64,000 bases of DNA, from the IMG/VR virus record IMGVR_UViG_3300037247_001786, positions 396,979 to 460,978 of that record; one strand, written 5' to 3'. The DNA is from a virus. Its lineage: Duplodnaviria > Caudoviricetes. Of this stretch, positions 9,404-19,302 are shown piece by piece. The notes beneath the pieces are model-generated. The model was given only the letters and a program-made list of their open reading frames with translations. It did no database searches and was not told the DNA's origin. A program made the position numbers and the translations under genes. The first letter of the stretch is position 1, and every line of letters begins with the position of its first letter.

Positions 9404-9703
9404 ATGTGTAAGTTAGAATTTTTGGACAAGCATTTAGTATCACTGATAACGATTGTTATCTTGGCAGCAGTACTATTTGCGACAAGTGGTTGTGGGGTAG
9501 TCGATGGGGCTTTGCAAGATATAGCTGGGACAGCTACTGCTTTAAGAGAAATCTCTAAGCCATTAGAAGAGAGAGCAAGAGCTAAAGATGCAGAAAGAAA
9601 TGCAAAGTGGCTTACTATCTGGACTATGCAACAGGAAGATTATAAAGAGATAGGGCATGAACCTAAAAAATTGCCTAAATTTCTTAAATTTGGTAAGAAA
9701 TAG
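9404..9703 (+). CDS. putative lipoprotein
   Basis: hydrophobic N-region with lipobox-like TSG-C; GGAG SD. Confidence 0.7.
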   Translation: MCKLEFLDKHLVSLITIVILAAVLFATSGCGVVDGALQDIAGTATALREISKPLEERARAKDAERNAKWLTIWTMQQEDYKEIGHEPKKLPKFLKFGKK

Positions 9704-9789
9704 ACATTAACAAAAGAGGGTAGTCATATTCTTTTGAGTATTACTATCCTCTTTGTTTTTAATATTAAATTAATTTTAGGAGATTTATA

Positions 9790-9936
9790 ATGTTTAGTTC
9801 CATAGATGGTGGTTTTCAAATAGTTTTAGAAGGTTTATTTACAATGGATTTCTCTTGGTTTTTTATGTTCTGCTTAATAGCGGTACTTAATGTAATTAAA
9901 GTCCCAATAATGATAATAAAGAAGTTGAAAAAATAA
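9790..9936 (+). CDS. small membrane protein (48 aa, not in track)
   Basis: AGGAG SD, hydrophobic core. Confidence 0.6.
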   Translation: MFSSIDGGFQIVLEGLFTMDFSWFFMFCLIAVLNVIKVPIMIIKKLKK

Positions 9937-10050
9937 GGGGTATACGATGGAGATTTACTTTTATTTTCCCTTAACAGTTTTATTTTTTATGAATGTCGTG
10001 AAGAAAATTTTCTAATTGCCAGAGTGGTAAAAAAATAGGTTTATAGTAAT

Positions 10051-10179
10051 ATGAAAATGATTAAAAAATGGCTTATACCTATTATTATAACATTGTTAAT
10101 CGCTCTGTTTGCAGTTTGTTGTGCAAAAAAACAAGTGGAAAAAACAGTGCAACAAGATAGAATCTTAATGGAGAAATAA
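10051..10179 (+). CDS. small secreted/lipoprotein-like peptide (42 aa), ATG at element+35
   Basis: MKMIKKWLIPIIITLLIALFAVCC.. Confidence 0.6.
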   Translation: MKMIKKWLIPIIITLLIALFAVCCAKKQVEKTVQQDRILMEK

Positions 10180-10180
10180 A

Positions 10181-10351
10181 ATGATTTGCCCATATTGTAT
10201 AAAAGAAATTAGTATGTTCGCGACAAAATGTCCTTATTGTCACAGTGCAGTTCAGTATGATGCTGGCTCCGAGCTTAAAGATTGTTTTAAGGCACTTGTT
10301 ATTATGGTAATAGTAGGTATAATTTTATGGGCGATATTGTCGGCGGTATAA
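10181..10351 (+). CDS. double Zn-ribbon membrane peptide (56 aa)
   Basis: CPYC..CPYC then TM helix; stop abuts element 10353. Confidence 0.7.
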   Translation: MICPYCIKEISMFATKCPYCHSAVQYDAGSELKDCFKALVIMVIVGIILWAILSAV

Positions 10352-10427
10352 GTTGCCAGAGTGGTAAAAAAATAGTCTTATAGTATTATAAAGTTAATAT
10401 CTTGAATTTTGATTAGGAGCTGAAAAA

Positions 10428-11162
10428 ATGAGAAAAATAATGAGCGATGATAACACTGTTTGGGATGAACGGAAAACAGATTTTACTGAACCATTGAGGA
10501 AAAAATCGGATGGTAAGCGATCAGCAGTTGCGGGGATTATTGTCCTATTAGGGATTATCTTGATATTTGGTATATGCTTTGTAGTGTCACGGATTACGAC
10601 GGTTCAAGATGATCAATGGGCTGTTCGGCAACATATGAATGGGGATATAGAGGTTATAGAAGGTCCAGGAGTTTATCTTCCCTTGTTTAGCAAAATATGG
10701 ATATATCCTCTTAAAATAACAGTTGAATATAAAACAACCGCTTATTTTAACGATACTGAGGCAAGAGAGGTGAAAACGCTCTGCCGAGTAGAATTACCCG
10801 AAGATAATACTGATAGAGTATCTCTTCATAAAGGACTTTCAGGAGACATATTTAATGTATATCCAATAGTTAGGGCTGCTGTTGGCAATTCGATTAAATC
10901 AATTGCCCCTATTATGAGTACAAATGAGATTGTCTATCACCGCAGAGCGGAATTTTGCGAATTAGTATATCGTCAATTAAAAGAAGGTCTTTTTCTCCAA
11001 CATAGTTCTAGTAAAATCATTGACGGTAAAAACGTCCTTATGTCTACAATCCAAAAGGATGAAAACGGAGACTATATCCCTATGAGCGACGCTATATTAG
11101 AGAGAATGGGATTGAATGTATCGCTTTTTAGCATCACCTCAATAGGCGATTTGCCAGAGTGA
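10428..11162 (+). CDS. SPFH/band 7-like membrane protein, apparently C-terminally truncated
   Basis: single TM then beta/alpha SPFH-like pattern (AVRQH.NG.IEVIEGPGVY..RRAEF..LKEG); ends GD-LPE* inside element 11151. Confidence 0.65.
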   Translation: MRKIMSDDNTVWDERKTDFTEPLRKKSDGKRSAVAGIIVLLGIILIFGICFVVSRITTVQDDQWAVRQHMNGDIEVIEGPGVYLPLFSKIWIYPLKITVEYKTTAYFNDTEAREVKTLCRVELPEDNTDRVSLHKGLSGDIFNVYPIVRAAVGNSIKSIAPIMSTNEIVYHRRAEFCELVYRQLKEGLFLQHSSSKIIDGKNVLMSTIQKDENGDYIPMSDAILERMGLNVSLFSITSIGDLPE

Positions 11163-11185
11163 CAAAAAAATAGTCTTATAGTATT

Positions 11186-11335
11186 ATGAAGCCGAAAAAA
11201 GAAAAACATATTACTTCGAGAGTTAGGAAAGAGAACAAGACAGATAGAGGCGATCTACATACAAAGGTCATACCTGATAAAAAGAAAAAAGTGAATAAAG
11301 AAAAATGTCGAGGAAAGATAGAAGAAAATGAATGA
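11186..11335 (+). CDS. small basic protein (49 aa), ATG at element+35
   Basis: MKPKKEKHITSRVRK..; overlaps next start. Confidence 0.6.
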   Translation: MKPKKEKHITSRVRKENKTDRGDLHTKVIPDKKKKVNKEKCRGKIEENE

Positions 11336-11615
11336 AAAACTTTTCCCATTCCAGGTGAGCGAACCCCGCAAAATGACTATATTAGAACAAGTTTTTTGTA
11401 TGGTTTATCTTGCGACCAGTAAAACTCTAAAAGAATTGAGACGATACCAGTCTTTAGTTGAAAAACAATTTATTTTAGCTACTCAAAATAATTGTGGGGA
11501 AAAATCATTCAAAAATTTAGAGGCGATGCAACACTGTTATGATGCTGCCGTAGCTTATCAACAATTCGATGATGATTTCTGGTTAGCTTTTATAGATACA
11601 TCTGATAGAACCTAA
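11328..11615 (+). CDS. hypothetical protein
   Basis: 95 aa ORF. Confidence 0.7.
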   Translation: MNEKLFPFQVSEPRKMTILEQVFCMVYLATSKTLKELRRYQSLVEKQFILATQNNCGEKSFKNLEAMQHCYDAAVAYQQFDDDFWLAFIDTSDRT

Positions 11616-11692
11616 AATGGTTTGGATTATTTGCCAGAGTAGTAAAAATTTAATTTTATAGAAGTGTTAATAATACTTTTAAGGAAAAGAAA

Positions 11693-12040
11693 ATGATTGA
11701 AGTTACTACTAATGAACCGATGGTTATAGAAGTAAGACATATAATGCACAAACATTTCGAGATTGAAGTTAAAATTGACAATCAGCCTCATGATCTCAGC
11801 ATTTCGATTATATCGGAAGAAGATGAAGAAGGGGAAGATACGGAGTTGGTTCGTATCAGAGTTGACGATAGGACTTTCACCGTTGGAGAAAAAGAAGATG
11901 TTGCAGAGAAACTTAACGGACATCTTGGAGTCTGGTTCGATAGTAAATATCCTTTGTATCAGGTAGAAAAAACTAAAGAAACTCTTGACGATGTTTTTGA
12001 TACTATTTGGGAATATCTCGAAGAAAAAGACCTATGCTAA
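11693..12040 (+). CDS. hypothetical acidic protein
   Basis: AAGGA SD; stop abuts element 12042. Confidence 0.8.
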   Translation: MIEVTTNEPMVIEVRHIMHKHFEIEVKIDNQPHDLSISIISEEDEEGEDTELVRIRVDDRTFTVGEKEDVAEKLNGHLGVWFDSKYPLYQVEKTKETLDDVFDTIWEYLEEKDLC

Positions 12041-12076
12041 TTTGCCAGAGTGAAGAAAAACTAAGGTTATATCATT

Positions 12077-12763
12077 ATGAAACATGCAAACATAGACAAT
12101 AGACTAATGAGTAATGGGGCGGTAGCGTTCAAAGAGGGATTAGGTTGGTTCGGACTGCACCACATAGGAGACCCTACTCCGTCAATATTGGGGGCACAGG
12201 TATGGAGACATCTACAAGAAGATATACATTATCTGAAAAGTATCAGAAAGAGGTTACTCGCTTATAAATCTTGGGATGAATATATTAACGATGGACTTTG
12301 TCCCTATTGCGGTAAATATGATAAGGGGATGCCGGTCGCAATTCATCCCGAATTATATAGCAAGACAAACCAGATAGGGCTATATCTACCTGACCCAGAA
12401 GCAACAGACTCAAAGACAACGCTCGCTACTGACCCAGAAGCGAAACAGCATAAACATATTAAACACAGGAATCTTATATCTGCTGATAATGCTAAAGAAG
12501 ATGGAGTTTTCATAGAATGGGTATATGTTATAGACCCTTTAAGTTATGAATTAAATATACTGAAATCTGTTAGAGGAGAAGGCACCCACGTTCAATCTGT
12601 ATTCGGAGGAATGAAACTATATAACTATCAATATATTTCAGTAAGAAAATGTGAACTTCTTCGGAAAGAACAATCTTGGGAGCCTGATTGGGAAGAAATA
12701 GAAGAAAAAGGTAAAAAATTGGCGACAGGATTTTACCATAAATATACGAGGCAGGCAAAATGA
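12077..12763 (+). CDS. hypothetical protein, ATG at element+35
   Basis: 228 aa ORF. Confidence 0.8.
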   Translation: MKHANIDNRLMSNGAVAFKEGLGWFGLHHIGDPTPSILGAQVWRHLQEDIHYLKSIRKRLLAYKSWDEYINDGLCPYCGKYDKGMPVAIHPELYSKTNQIGLYLPDPEATDSKTTLATDPEAKQHKHIKHRNLISADNAKEDGVFIEWVYVIDPLSYELNILKSVRGEGTHVQSVFGGMKLYNYQYISVRKCELLRKEQSWEPDWEEIEEKGKKLATGFYHKYTRQAK

Positions 12764-12936
12764 AAGGCAAAACATATAATAGTATAATATTGGGTATTGG
12801 AATAACAACTGTGATTTTCGCTCTTCTAACTATCCTTAATCATTTTTTTCTTATACCTGCTGTTGTAGGACTATTATGTATGTTGGGTTTCGGTTTTACG
12901 TTTCAATATGATATAGATGATGAAGACTATCTTTAA
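12760..12936 (+). CDS. small membrane protein (58 aa, not in track)
   Basis: two hydrophobic stretches; ATGA overlap with upstream stop. Confidence 0.6.
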   Translation: MKGKTYNSIILGIGITTVIFALLTILNHFFLIPAVVGLLCMLGFGFTFQYDIDDEDYL

Positions 12937-12950
12937 GGAGAATTAAAATA

Positions 12951-13238
12951 ATGTTTATTGAGATAATAAGAGAAGCAAAAGATAGGCTATATAGTAATTA
13001 TTGGAGATTTATGATATCCACAGATACTCCAAAAATAAAAGTAACTTTATGGGAATTTCGTAAAAGAAGTAGAAGAACTACTAGATGCCAGTGGGTATCA
13101 GAACATACTTACACTTCGTTAGATAGGAGACATAATAACCTCAAAAAGGGAGATTTTATAATTCCAGAAGATGTGGATAAAGAATTGAAAGAGAAGTTAA
13201 ATAAGATGGTATCAGAGATTGAAGTAGAAATAAGATAA
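12951..13238 (+). CDS. hypothetical protein
   Basis: AAGGAG SD; stop abuts element 13240. Confidence 0.8.
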   Translation: MFIEIIREAKDRLYSNYWRFMISTDTPKIKVTLWEFRKRSRRTTRCQWVSEHTYTSLDRRHNNLKKGDFIIPEDVDKELKEKLNKMVSEIEVEIR

Positions 13239-13306
13239 TTTGCCAGAGTGGGTAAAAATCTAATTTATAGTATTGTAAAGAATAATATAATACTGGAGTT
13301 AAAACG

Positions 13307-14002
13307 ATGTATAGAGAAGGCCAGAAAATAATTACTAAAAGTAACGAACACGATGAAAACTATCGAGTTGGTATTTTCGTTGCATATAATGACGCACTGA
13401 AAAGTCCTGATAATATTCCTATGATAGAAATAGAGGGTATCACTTATACTTGTTTCGGTATAACTATGCCTTTCACAACCAGTCTTACTGCAAGACTCGA
13501 TAAACTTACTCCAAAACATCAATGGGAATTTCTTTGTGCTATTAAGAGTTGGGATAGCGGCAATCAGTTTATCATTATGAGAGGGTTGCCGGGAAGTGGA
13601 AAATCCACTCTTGCCAGAAAGTTAGCTGGTCTAACTGGTCAAGTTTTTAGTACAGATGATTTCTTTTCTATGACGGGAGAGTATATCTTTAATCCTACAC
13701 GACTTGGCAAGGCTCATAAATGGAATCAGAATAGGTCAAAGGCTGCTTTCTCTGCTAATATACCTATTATTGTAATTGATAACACTAACACTACGATTAG
13801 CGAAATGAGAAATTATCTGCCTCATATCGAATTGGCTCGACTTTATGGTTATCAAGTTTTTATTGCAGAACCAGATACAGATTGGCGTTTTAACGTCGAT
13901 GAATTGGTACTTAAAAATTCTCATGGCGTACCTAAAGAAGCAATACAAAGGATGGCTGATAGGTATGCTCACGATGTTAGGTTGGAAGATATTTTGTTTT
14001 AA
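13307..14002 (+). CDS. N4BP2-like/AAA_33 P-loop polynucleotide kinase with unknown N-terminal domain
   Basis: IMRGLPGSGKSTLA Walker A, STDDFF, HKWNQ, VIDNTN. Confidence 0.85.
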   Translation: MYREGQKIITKSNEHDENYRVGIFVAYNDALKSPDNIPMIEIEGITYTCFGITMPFTTSLTARLDKLTPKHQWEFLCAIKSWDSGNQFIIMRGLPGSGKSTLARKLAGLTGQVFSTDDFFSMTGEYIFNPTRLGKAHKWNQNRSKAAFSANIPIIVIDNTNTTISEMRNYLPHIELARLYGYQVFIAEPDTDWRFNVDELVLKNSHGVPKEAIQRMADRYAHDVRLEDILF

Positions 14003-14027
14003 GGTTTTCATTTTTAACTCCTCTAGG

Positions 14028-14060
14028 AAAGCTCTTGCGGACTCAACGCAAGGGCTTTTT
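14028..14060 (+). terminator. intrinsic terminator
   Basis: AAAGCTCTTGCG/CGCAAGGGCTTT hairpin plus Ts. Confidence 0.85.
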
Positions 14061-14127
14061 ATTTGCCAGAGTAGTAAAAAATTAGTATTATAGAAGTGTT
14101 AATACTAACACTGAATAGGAGTATATA

Positions 14128-14433
14128 ATGCCAGAAAGAGCCGAAAACGAAAGATGTAAAGAGTGTATCTGGTGGGAAAGAGATCATAAAAACAAAACAG
14201 TGAGAGTTGCTCGCGAGGTTTGCAATTCAGGATATCAAACTAGCCTTGTCCCACAGAAGACGGGAGAATGTCGTCATGATTTGCCACAATTAGCAATCGA
14301 ATCTAAAGATGTATCAGCAGATTTTGAAAGATTCTCTACGGTTGTAAAGACCACTAAAACGGTATGGCCTGCCACAAGAGAAAATGAATGGTGCGGACAG
14401 TTTTGCCAGAGTGAAGAAAAAACTACTTTATAG
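14128..14433 (+). CDS. hypothetical Cys-rich protein
   Basis: CKECIWW..GECR..WPAT..WCG; reads through element 14403. Confidence 0.75.
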   Translation: MPERAENERCKECIWWERDHKNKTVRVAREVCNSGYQTSLVPQKTGECRHDLPQLAIESKDVSADFERFSTVVKTTKTVWPATRENEWCGQFCQSEEKTTL

Positions 14434-14467
14434 AAGTGTTAATAATAACACCGAGTTGGAGTTTATA

Positions 14468-14821
14468 ATGCTTTATTTTGAACAGTGGAGACAATCTCGA
14501 AGGCTACCCGAAAAAGGGGATGTTATATATGTTATCCCTATTCGATATTGGGAACCAGATGAATATACTCCTGAAAAGTTCACGGTAGAAAAAGCGTATA
14601 TACAAGAAACAGGTGGTAGATTAACCCTTTATGGACAATATGAGAAAGAAAAGCCCGATACTCCTATGTATGCGGCTAAAGATTGTGATGCTCAATGGTA
14701 TTGGGATTATGAGAGTGCCAGAAAAGTACAGCTTTTATTACATCAAATATATGAGGTAGTTTCACATGACGACGCTGCCCATATAGTAGAAAAGATATTG
14801 AGAGAAGAATTGCCAGAGTGA
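14468..14821 (+). CDS. hypothetical protein
   Basis: GGAG SD; ends LPE* in element 14810. Confidence 0.8.
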   Translation: MLYFEQWRQSRRLPEKGDVIYVIPIRYWEPDEYTPEKFTVEKAYIQETGGRLTLYGQYEKEKPDTPMYAAKDCDAQWYWDYESARKVQLLLHQIYEVVSHDDAAHIVEKILREELPE

Positions 14822-14874
14822 AGAAAAAACTAATTTACAGAAGTGTTAATAATAATTTAATTGGAGATAGTAAA

Positions 14875-15165
14875 ATGAGTGTAACAAAGATAATTACAGT
14901 AATGTTTTGTATTCTATCGTTGATCGTAGGATTCGTACTCGGCGGACTTGTTGATAATTTCCGTTATGAAACAGTTGTTGCGGAAAAAGACGCACTAAGA
15001 AAAGACCTATTGTATAACATAGGATTGCTTACCGTAACACAAGATGCTCTTATAAGTAGGGGGCGTGCTTTAGAAGAGGTTATATATGATAATATGAAAT
15101 ATTTCACGATAATAGAGGCGTATAAAAAGCGAGATAATTTCGACCCTAACGATTTGCCAGAGTAG
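14875..15165 (+). CDS. N-terminally anchored membrane protein
   Basis: TM helix; ends LPE* in element 15154. Confidence 0.75.
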   Translation: MSVTKIITVMFCILSLIVGFVLGGLVDNFRYETVVAEKDALRKDLLYNIGLLTVTQDALISRGRALEEVIYDNMKYFTIIEAYKKRDNFDPNDLPE

Positions 15166-15217
15166 CGTTTTTTCTATCTTATAGAAGTGTTAATAATAAC
15201 ACTGAATAGGAGTAATA

Positions 15218-15664
15218 ATGAATTATAAATATGAATGTTCTTGGAGTCCTCACGACGGTTGGCATTTTTCTTTAGGGAAAAAAAGATTATGGGAAGCCAG
15301 TACAGGATATATAGTTGCGGAGATTCACACTTGGAGAGAATACTCGGAAGATAAACTTAAACCTGGACAAAAACATGAGGGGTATAGAAACCACGAACAT
15401 TTTACAGAGTTGGAAGATGCTCTTAACTTTATGAGAACAGGAGAAATCCCTACTTATTATATCGTAAATAGTCGTTTTCAGCCTTTAAGCTATTTTGCCT
15501 CTAATGATTTCGTTACGAAAAAACAGCTTAGATTTAGAAAAAGAGATTGTATCTCTTATAGAAACAAAAAAGAGGCACTAGAATATTTGGCTATCATTCA
15601 AAGTGAATGTAGACAAAAAGGACAAGCACAATCATTAAAAGTAAGTACTTTATGTAAATGGTAA
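15218..15664 (+). CDS. hypothetical protein
   Basis: AGGAG SD. Confidence 0.8.
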   Translation: MNYKYECSWSPHDGWHFSLGKKRLWEASTGYIVAEIHTWREYSEDKLKPGQKHEGYRNHEHFTELEDALNFMRTGEIPTYYIVNSRFQPLSYFASNDFVTKKQLRFRKRDCISYRNKKEALEYLAIIQSECRQKGQAQSLKVSTLCKW

Positions 15665-15703
15665 AAATTTGCCAGAGTAGTAATTTTTCTATCTTATGGT
15701 ATT

Positions 15704-15949
15704 ATGAAAAGAAAACAAGATAAACGAAGAAGAAAACAACGGGCAAAGATTGTCCTTAACTTAACCCAAAAGGTTTTGGATAGTCTTGCTCGGTTAGCAG
15801 TAGGAAAGACACCACCAGAGATCGTCAAGGCTCACGTCGCTTACTATGATACTTGCAACACCGCAGAGCAATTAACCCTTATGGGTATATTCAAAAAAGA
15901 AGAAGATAAAATAATGACAGATATAGCTGAATTTTTTGCGGAGAAATAA
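15704..15949 (+). CDS. hypothetical protein, ATG at element+35
   Basis: no SD; ATG is 35 nt after hexamer 15669. Confidence 0.7.
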   Translation: MKRKQDKRRRKQRAKIVLNLTQKVLDSLARLAVGKTPPEIVKAHVAYYDTCNTAEQLTLMGIFKKEEDKIMTDIAEFFAEK

Positions 15950-15950
15950 A

Positions 15951-16118
15951 ATGGGATTACCTATAAATGGTGTCGTAAATGCTGCTGGCGAAGTATGTAT
16001 CAATACAAAAGATTTGTTGCTATATCTAAATGAGCCTAAAAATAAAGACTTAACAAGAGAAAAAATATGCCTAGTGATAGAAGCGTTTACTAAGGGGATG
16101 CTAAAGAAAAAGTCATAA
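15951..16118 (+). CDS. small hypothetical protein
   Basis: GCGGAG SD; stop abuts element 16119. Confidence 0.7.
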   Translation: MGLPINGVVNAAGEVCINTKDLLLYLNEPKNKDLTREKICLVIEAFTKGMLKKKS

Positions 16119-16185
16119 TTGCCAGAGTGAAGAAAAAACTAATTTATAGAAGTGTTAATACTAACACCGAATAGGAGTATATAAA

Positions 16186-16524
16186 ATGAAGATAGATTAT
16201 TGGGGACTTATTAAGTTTCTTATCGTAGTAGCTATAATATCGTCGTTTATTTGGGCTGTATTTATCTGCGAAACAGGGTGGCATAAAACCACTATGAGAA
16301 CTGCCGACGCGAGAAATAAAGCGTATGCGATCAAGAATGACATCTACGAGGCGAGATTTCCCAAAACAGGAGATACGATAATTCTAAATGGGAAAAAGAT
16401 AGTTATATTGAAAAGTTATATCTGGAGTAGAGAAAGAAGATATGAAGTAAGACAAGAAGATGGAACCATAACCGATGTTATGGGTTCCGAAATCATAGAT
16501 ATAAAACCAATAAAACAGGAGTAA
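16186..16524 (+). CDS. membrane-anchored hypothetical protein
   Basis: N-terminal TM. Confidence 0.75.
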   Translation: MKIDYWGLIKFLIVVAIISSFIWAVFICETGWHKTTMRTADARNKAYAIKNDIYEARFPKTGDTIILNGKKIVILKSYIWSRERRYEVRQEDGTITDVMGSEIIDIKPIKQE

Positions 16525-16528
16525 TAAA

Positions 16529-16732
16529 ATGGAACATCATAAAATCGTAGCGGCAATGATACGAAAACAAGTAGAAGGCGAAGCCGTAAATAGTCACAAA
16601 TTTGGATATATGAGACAATTGGCTGTCGATTTTGCCGATTGGTATGACAAACAAAAGGAACTTTTTTGTCGAGAAGTATTCTTTAGTGGTTGCGGTATTA
16701 AAGAACACCCGTATGGAAAAACGCCAGAGTGA
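16529..16732 (+). CDS. small hypothetical protein
   Basis: AGGAG SD; ends TPE* in element 16721. Confidence 0.75.
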   Translation: MEHHKIVAAMIRKQVEGEAVNSHKFGYMRQLAVDFADWYDKQKELFCREVFFSGCGIKEHPYGKTPE

Positions 16733-16786
16733 TAAAATTTTAATATTATAGTAGTGTTAATAATAACACTAAATTGGAGTAATAAA

Positions 16787-17125
16787 ATGAAAAAAATAGT
16801 AAAAGTATCTTGTATGACAGTAGCGATAACCTTATTTGCGATGTCAATTATCTTCTTTATGGCTGGCAATCATAGATGTAACAGAGCCATGAAACTATAT
16901 GAACAAGTTACAGAAAGTAATCTAAAAACCGATAAGAGACTCGATGAAACTGCATCGGTAATAAAACAGATAGAAGATAGAGAAAAAATACGACCTCACA
17001 CCGTAGTCTTATTAAAACCTAATGAATTTGGGCTATGGGATGTAGAAGATATAAAACAATTTGAACAAGGGCAACAGAAAGAATTTATAGACTTTCTTAG
17101 AGGTAAACAAAATTTGCCAGAGTGA
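16787..17125 (+). CDS. membrane-anchored hypothetical protein
   Basis: N-terminal TM; ends LPE* in element 17114. Confidence 0.75.
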   Translation: MKKIVKVSCMTVAITLFAMSIIFFMAGNHRCNRAMKLYEQVTESNLKTDKRLDETASVIKQIEDREKIRPHTVVLLKPNEFGLWDVEDIKQFEQGQQKEFIDFLRGKQNLPE

Positions 17126-17148
17126 CAAAAAATATATCTTAACACTGT

Positions 17149-17377
17149 ATAACGAATAGTAATTTATGCCGGGAGTCGTAGAAGTAGAAACAGAGTAGCG
17201 GAATGCCGAACCCCCTTAAGCAAGGGCTTGACCGCGGGCGAAAGGTTTTTACCGAAGCTATTAGGGTAGATAGACGTACCCCTAATAGAAGCATAGAGAA
17301 AACTAACTAATAGTTGAGCTTGAACTGGGTTGACTTTCTCTTAAACTCTTAACGGGGTTCTCCTGGCACCATTTTTT
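17149..17377 (+). ncRNA. candidate ~210-nt structured RNA
   Basis: closing stem TGCCGGGAG/CTCCTGGCA, perfect 11-bp hairpin 17258-17287, 3' T run; follows element 17114. Confidence 0.6.
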
Positions 17378-17390
17378 GAGAAAGAAAGTA

Positions 17391-17768
17391 ATGAGAAACA
17401 GAAAAACACATGTAGATTTGCCCATAAAGATACCCCAAAATATACTTGATATATTGATAGAGTATCAAAACTGGAGAAAAGACCAGAGTAAATACCCTAA
17501 AGGGTATAAACTTGGAATGCTTAAAAAGCTAGATAAAGCATGTCTTAAATGGCATTTATACGCTGGTTGGGAAAGTATGGGTGGTTCTTTCTTTTTCCAT
17601 ACTAAAGTGGGTATTATGATTTATACTCATGTCAGTGGAAGTAAGCCTTTGAAAATTCAGCAATGTACTGATAAAGATAGTAATCCTTGGAATGGGGAAT
17701 ATCCTCGAACAGAAGAAATAGATAACTTTGTTTATCATTGGGATAAATACGAGCCTTTAATACTGTAA
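17391..17768 (+). CDS. hypothetical protein
   Basis: 125 aa ORF. Confidence 0.65.
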   Translation: MRNRKTHVDLPIKIPQNILDILIEYQNWRKDQSKYPKGYKLGMLKKLDKACLKWHLYAGWESMGGSFFFHTKVGIMIYTHVSGSKPLKIQQCTDKDSNPWNGEYPRTEEIDNFVYHWDKYEPLIL

Positions 17769-17902
17769 TTCTTCGATTTCTTTATTCTAGGGGAAGTGTA
17801 ACAACTTCCTCTTTTTTACGCGAAAATAAATTGCCAGAGTGATAAAAAAACTCTCTTATAGTATTGTAAACAATAACAATATTATTTTTAGGGAGTAAAG
17901 AA

Positions 17903-18286
17903 ATGAAAACGAAACAAGAAATCGAAAATGGAATGGCTCAATGTATTGGTACCGAAGGGTATCACTTCAATGGAATGTTTGGTAAAAACTTTGTCTACAC
18001 CGATGGTATCAAGTTTTTACTCGAATCGGCTAATGCCTATTGGCTATTGACTGCTATTTTCTCTTATAAGAGAACAGAAGATTTTCAAGTATGGACTTTG
18101 AAGGTCTCGAATGGCAAGGCAGTATTAACAATGAAAGAGGATACAAATACTCCCGTTATCGTCAAACAAGAAATACCTTATACAGATTTCCCACTTGACG
18201 AAATCGAAGTTTGGGCTATTAACGACCACAATTGTAACGGAGAGTATGGCGATCACGTCGTACTAATCTTGAAATCTGAATACTAA
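17903..18286 (+). CDS. DUF6876-like phage protein
   Basis: YTDGIKFL..ANAYWLL..FQVWTL..QEIPYTDFPL. Confidence 0.7.
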   Translation: MKTKQEIENGMAQCIGTEGYHFNGMFGKNFVYTDGIKFLLESANAYWLLTAIFSYKRTEDFQVWTLKVSNGKAVLTMKEDTNTPVIVKQEIPYTDFPLDEIEVWAINDHNCNGEYGDHVVLILKSEY

Positions 18287-18412
18287 AACTCCTTAAATGA
18301 GCGATAGGGTGGCTTGCCAGCGTAGGTAAGCCGCCTTATTCGTTATTGCCAGAGTGGTGTTTTTTCTATCTTATAATGATATAAAGAACAATAATTTTTG
18401 CGGAGAAATAAA

Positions 18413-18706
18413 ATGATAGATAAAACTGATGTCAAAAAGATAGTAACGACCAAACAAGATAACAAAAGGCTATTTATTCTTACAAGCGGATATTATAGTA
18501 AAACTTTGGACTATTTTCTTTTTTTAATAGATATAGCAAAAGAAAGTTTTCCTGAATTAGAACCAAAAGATATAAAAATAAACCATTATACAGGTAGATT
18601 CCATAAGGGGCAATGTGGAATAGAATTTAGTGTAGTATGTAAAAATGTACCTGATGGTTATGAAGAGTATGGCGATAGAATGGTTTGTACACATTATCCT
18701 ACATAA
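18413..18706 (+). CDS. hypothetical protein
   Basis: GCGGAG SD. Confidence 0.75.
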   Translation: MIDKTDVKKIVTTKQDNKRLFILTSGYYSKTLDYFLFLIDIAKESFPELEPKDIKINHYTGRFHKGQCGIEFSVVCKNVPDGYEEYGDRMVCTHYPT

Positions 18707-18727
18707 TAACCTTTATGGAGTAAGAAA

Positions 18728-19018
18728 ATGAGTAAAGAATACTGGATAGAAAGTCTCGGACGTATCGAGCTGCAAATGACAATGGAACAAGCCGAAATGG
18801 TGCCACTGTCTGGAGATGTGGAACACGGAGTTTGTCTCTTATCAAAAGAAAAAGAGATAATTGATCAATTGGATAAATATACTCCGAAACTGATAGCAGA
18901 ATGTTTATCAGAATATGGATGTTGGAATGAGGAGCAATTAAAAGACCATAAAGAGAATATATTACGTCTTTTATGGATGGCTGCATCTGATATTCAAGAA
19001 AAAGAATTGCCAGAGTGA
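18728..19018 (+). CDS. hypothetical phage protein
   Basis: GGAG SD; ends LPE* in element 19007. Confidence 0.8.
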   Translation: MSKEYWIESLGRIELQMTMEQAEMVPLSGDVEHGVCLLSKEKEIIDQLDKYTPKLIAECLSEYGCWNEEQLKDHKENILRLLWMAASDIQEKELPE

Positions 19019-19082
19019 CAAAAAATAGGTCTTATAGTATTGTAAAGAAAACAATAATAATAACTTTCTTGGAGTAAAGAAA

Positions 19083-19301
19083 ATGAAAACCGCAACACCG
19101 ACAAAAGAAAAAGCACAAGTATCAGCCAGAGAAATGAATGAAGCCGCTGCACTGATAAAAGAATATGGTCTCAATGAATTGGCTAAAGATTGTCGAAAAA
19201 AGTCAGTCGAAGCCGCTATGAAAACTAAAGGGATACTTTTTGTCGAAAAAGATGGTCCCGTTATGAGAGTTATTCAAGATATAAGAGATGCCCGTAGTTA
19301 A
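19083..19301 (+). CDS. small hypothetical protein
   Basis: GGAG SD after element leader. Confidence 0.8.
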   Translation: MKTATPTKEKAQVSAREMNEAAALIKEYGLNELAKDCRKKSVEAAMKTKGILFVEKDGPVMRVIQDIRDARS

Positions 19302-19302
19302 T

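Noticed and set aside
18314-18323. TTGCCAGCGT as a 54th element copy
   Set aside because: It lies within a terminator stem and lacks the downstream TTATA and leader.
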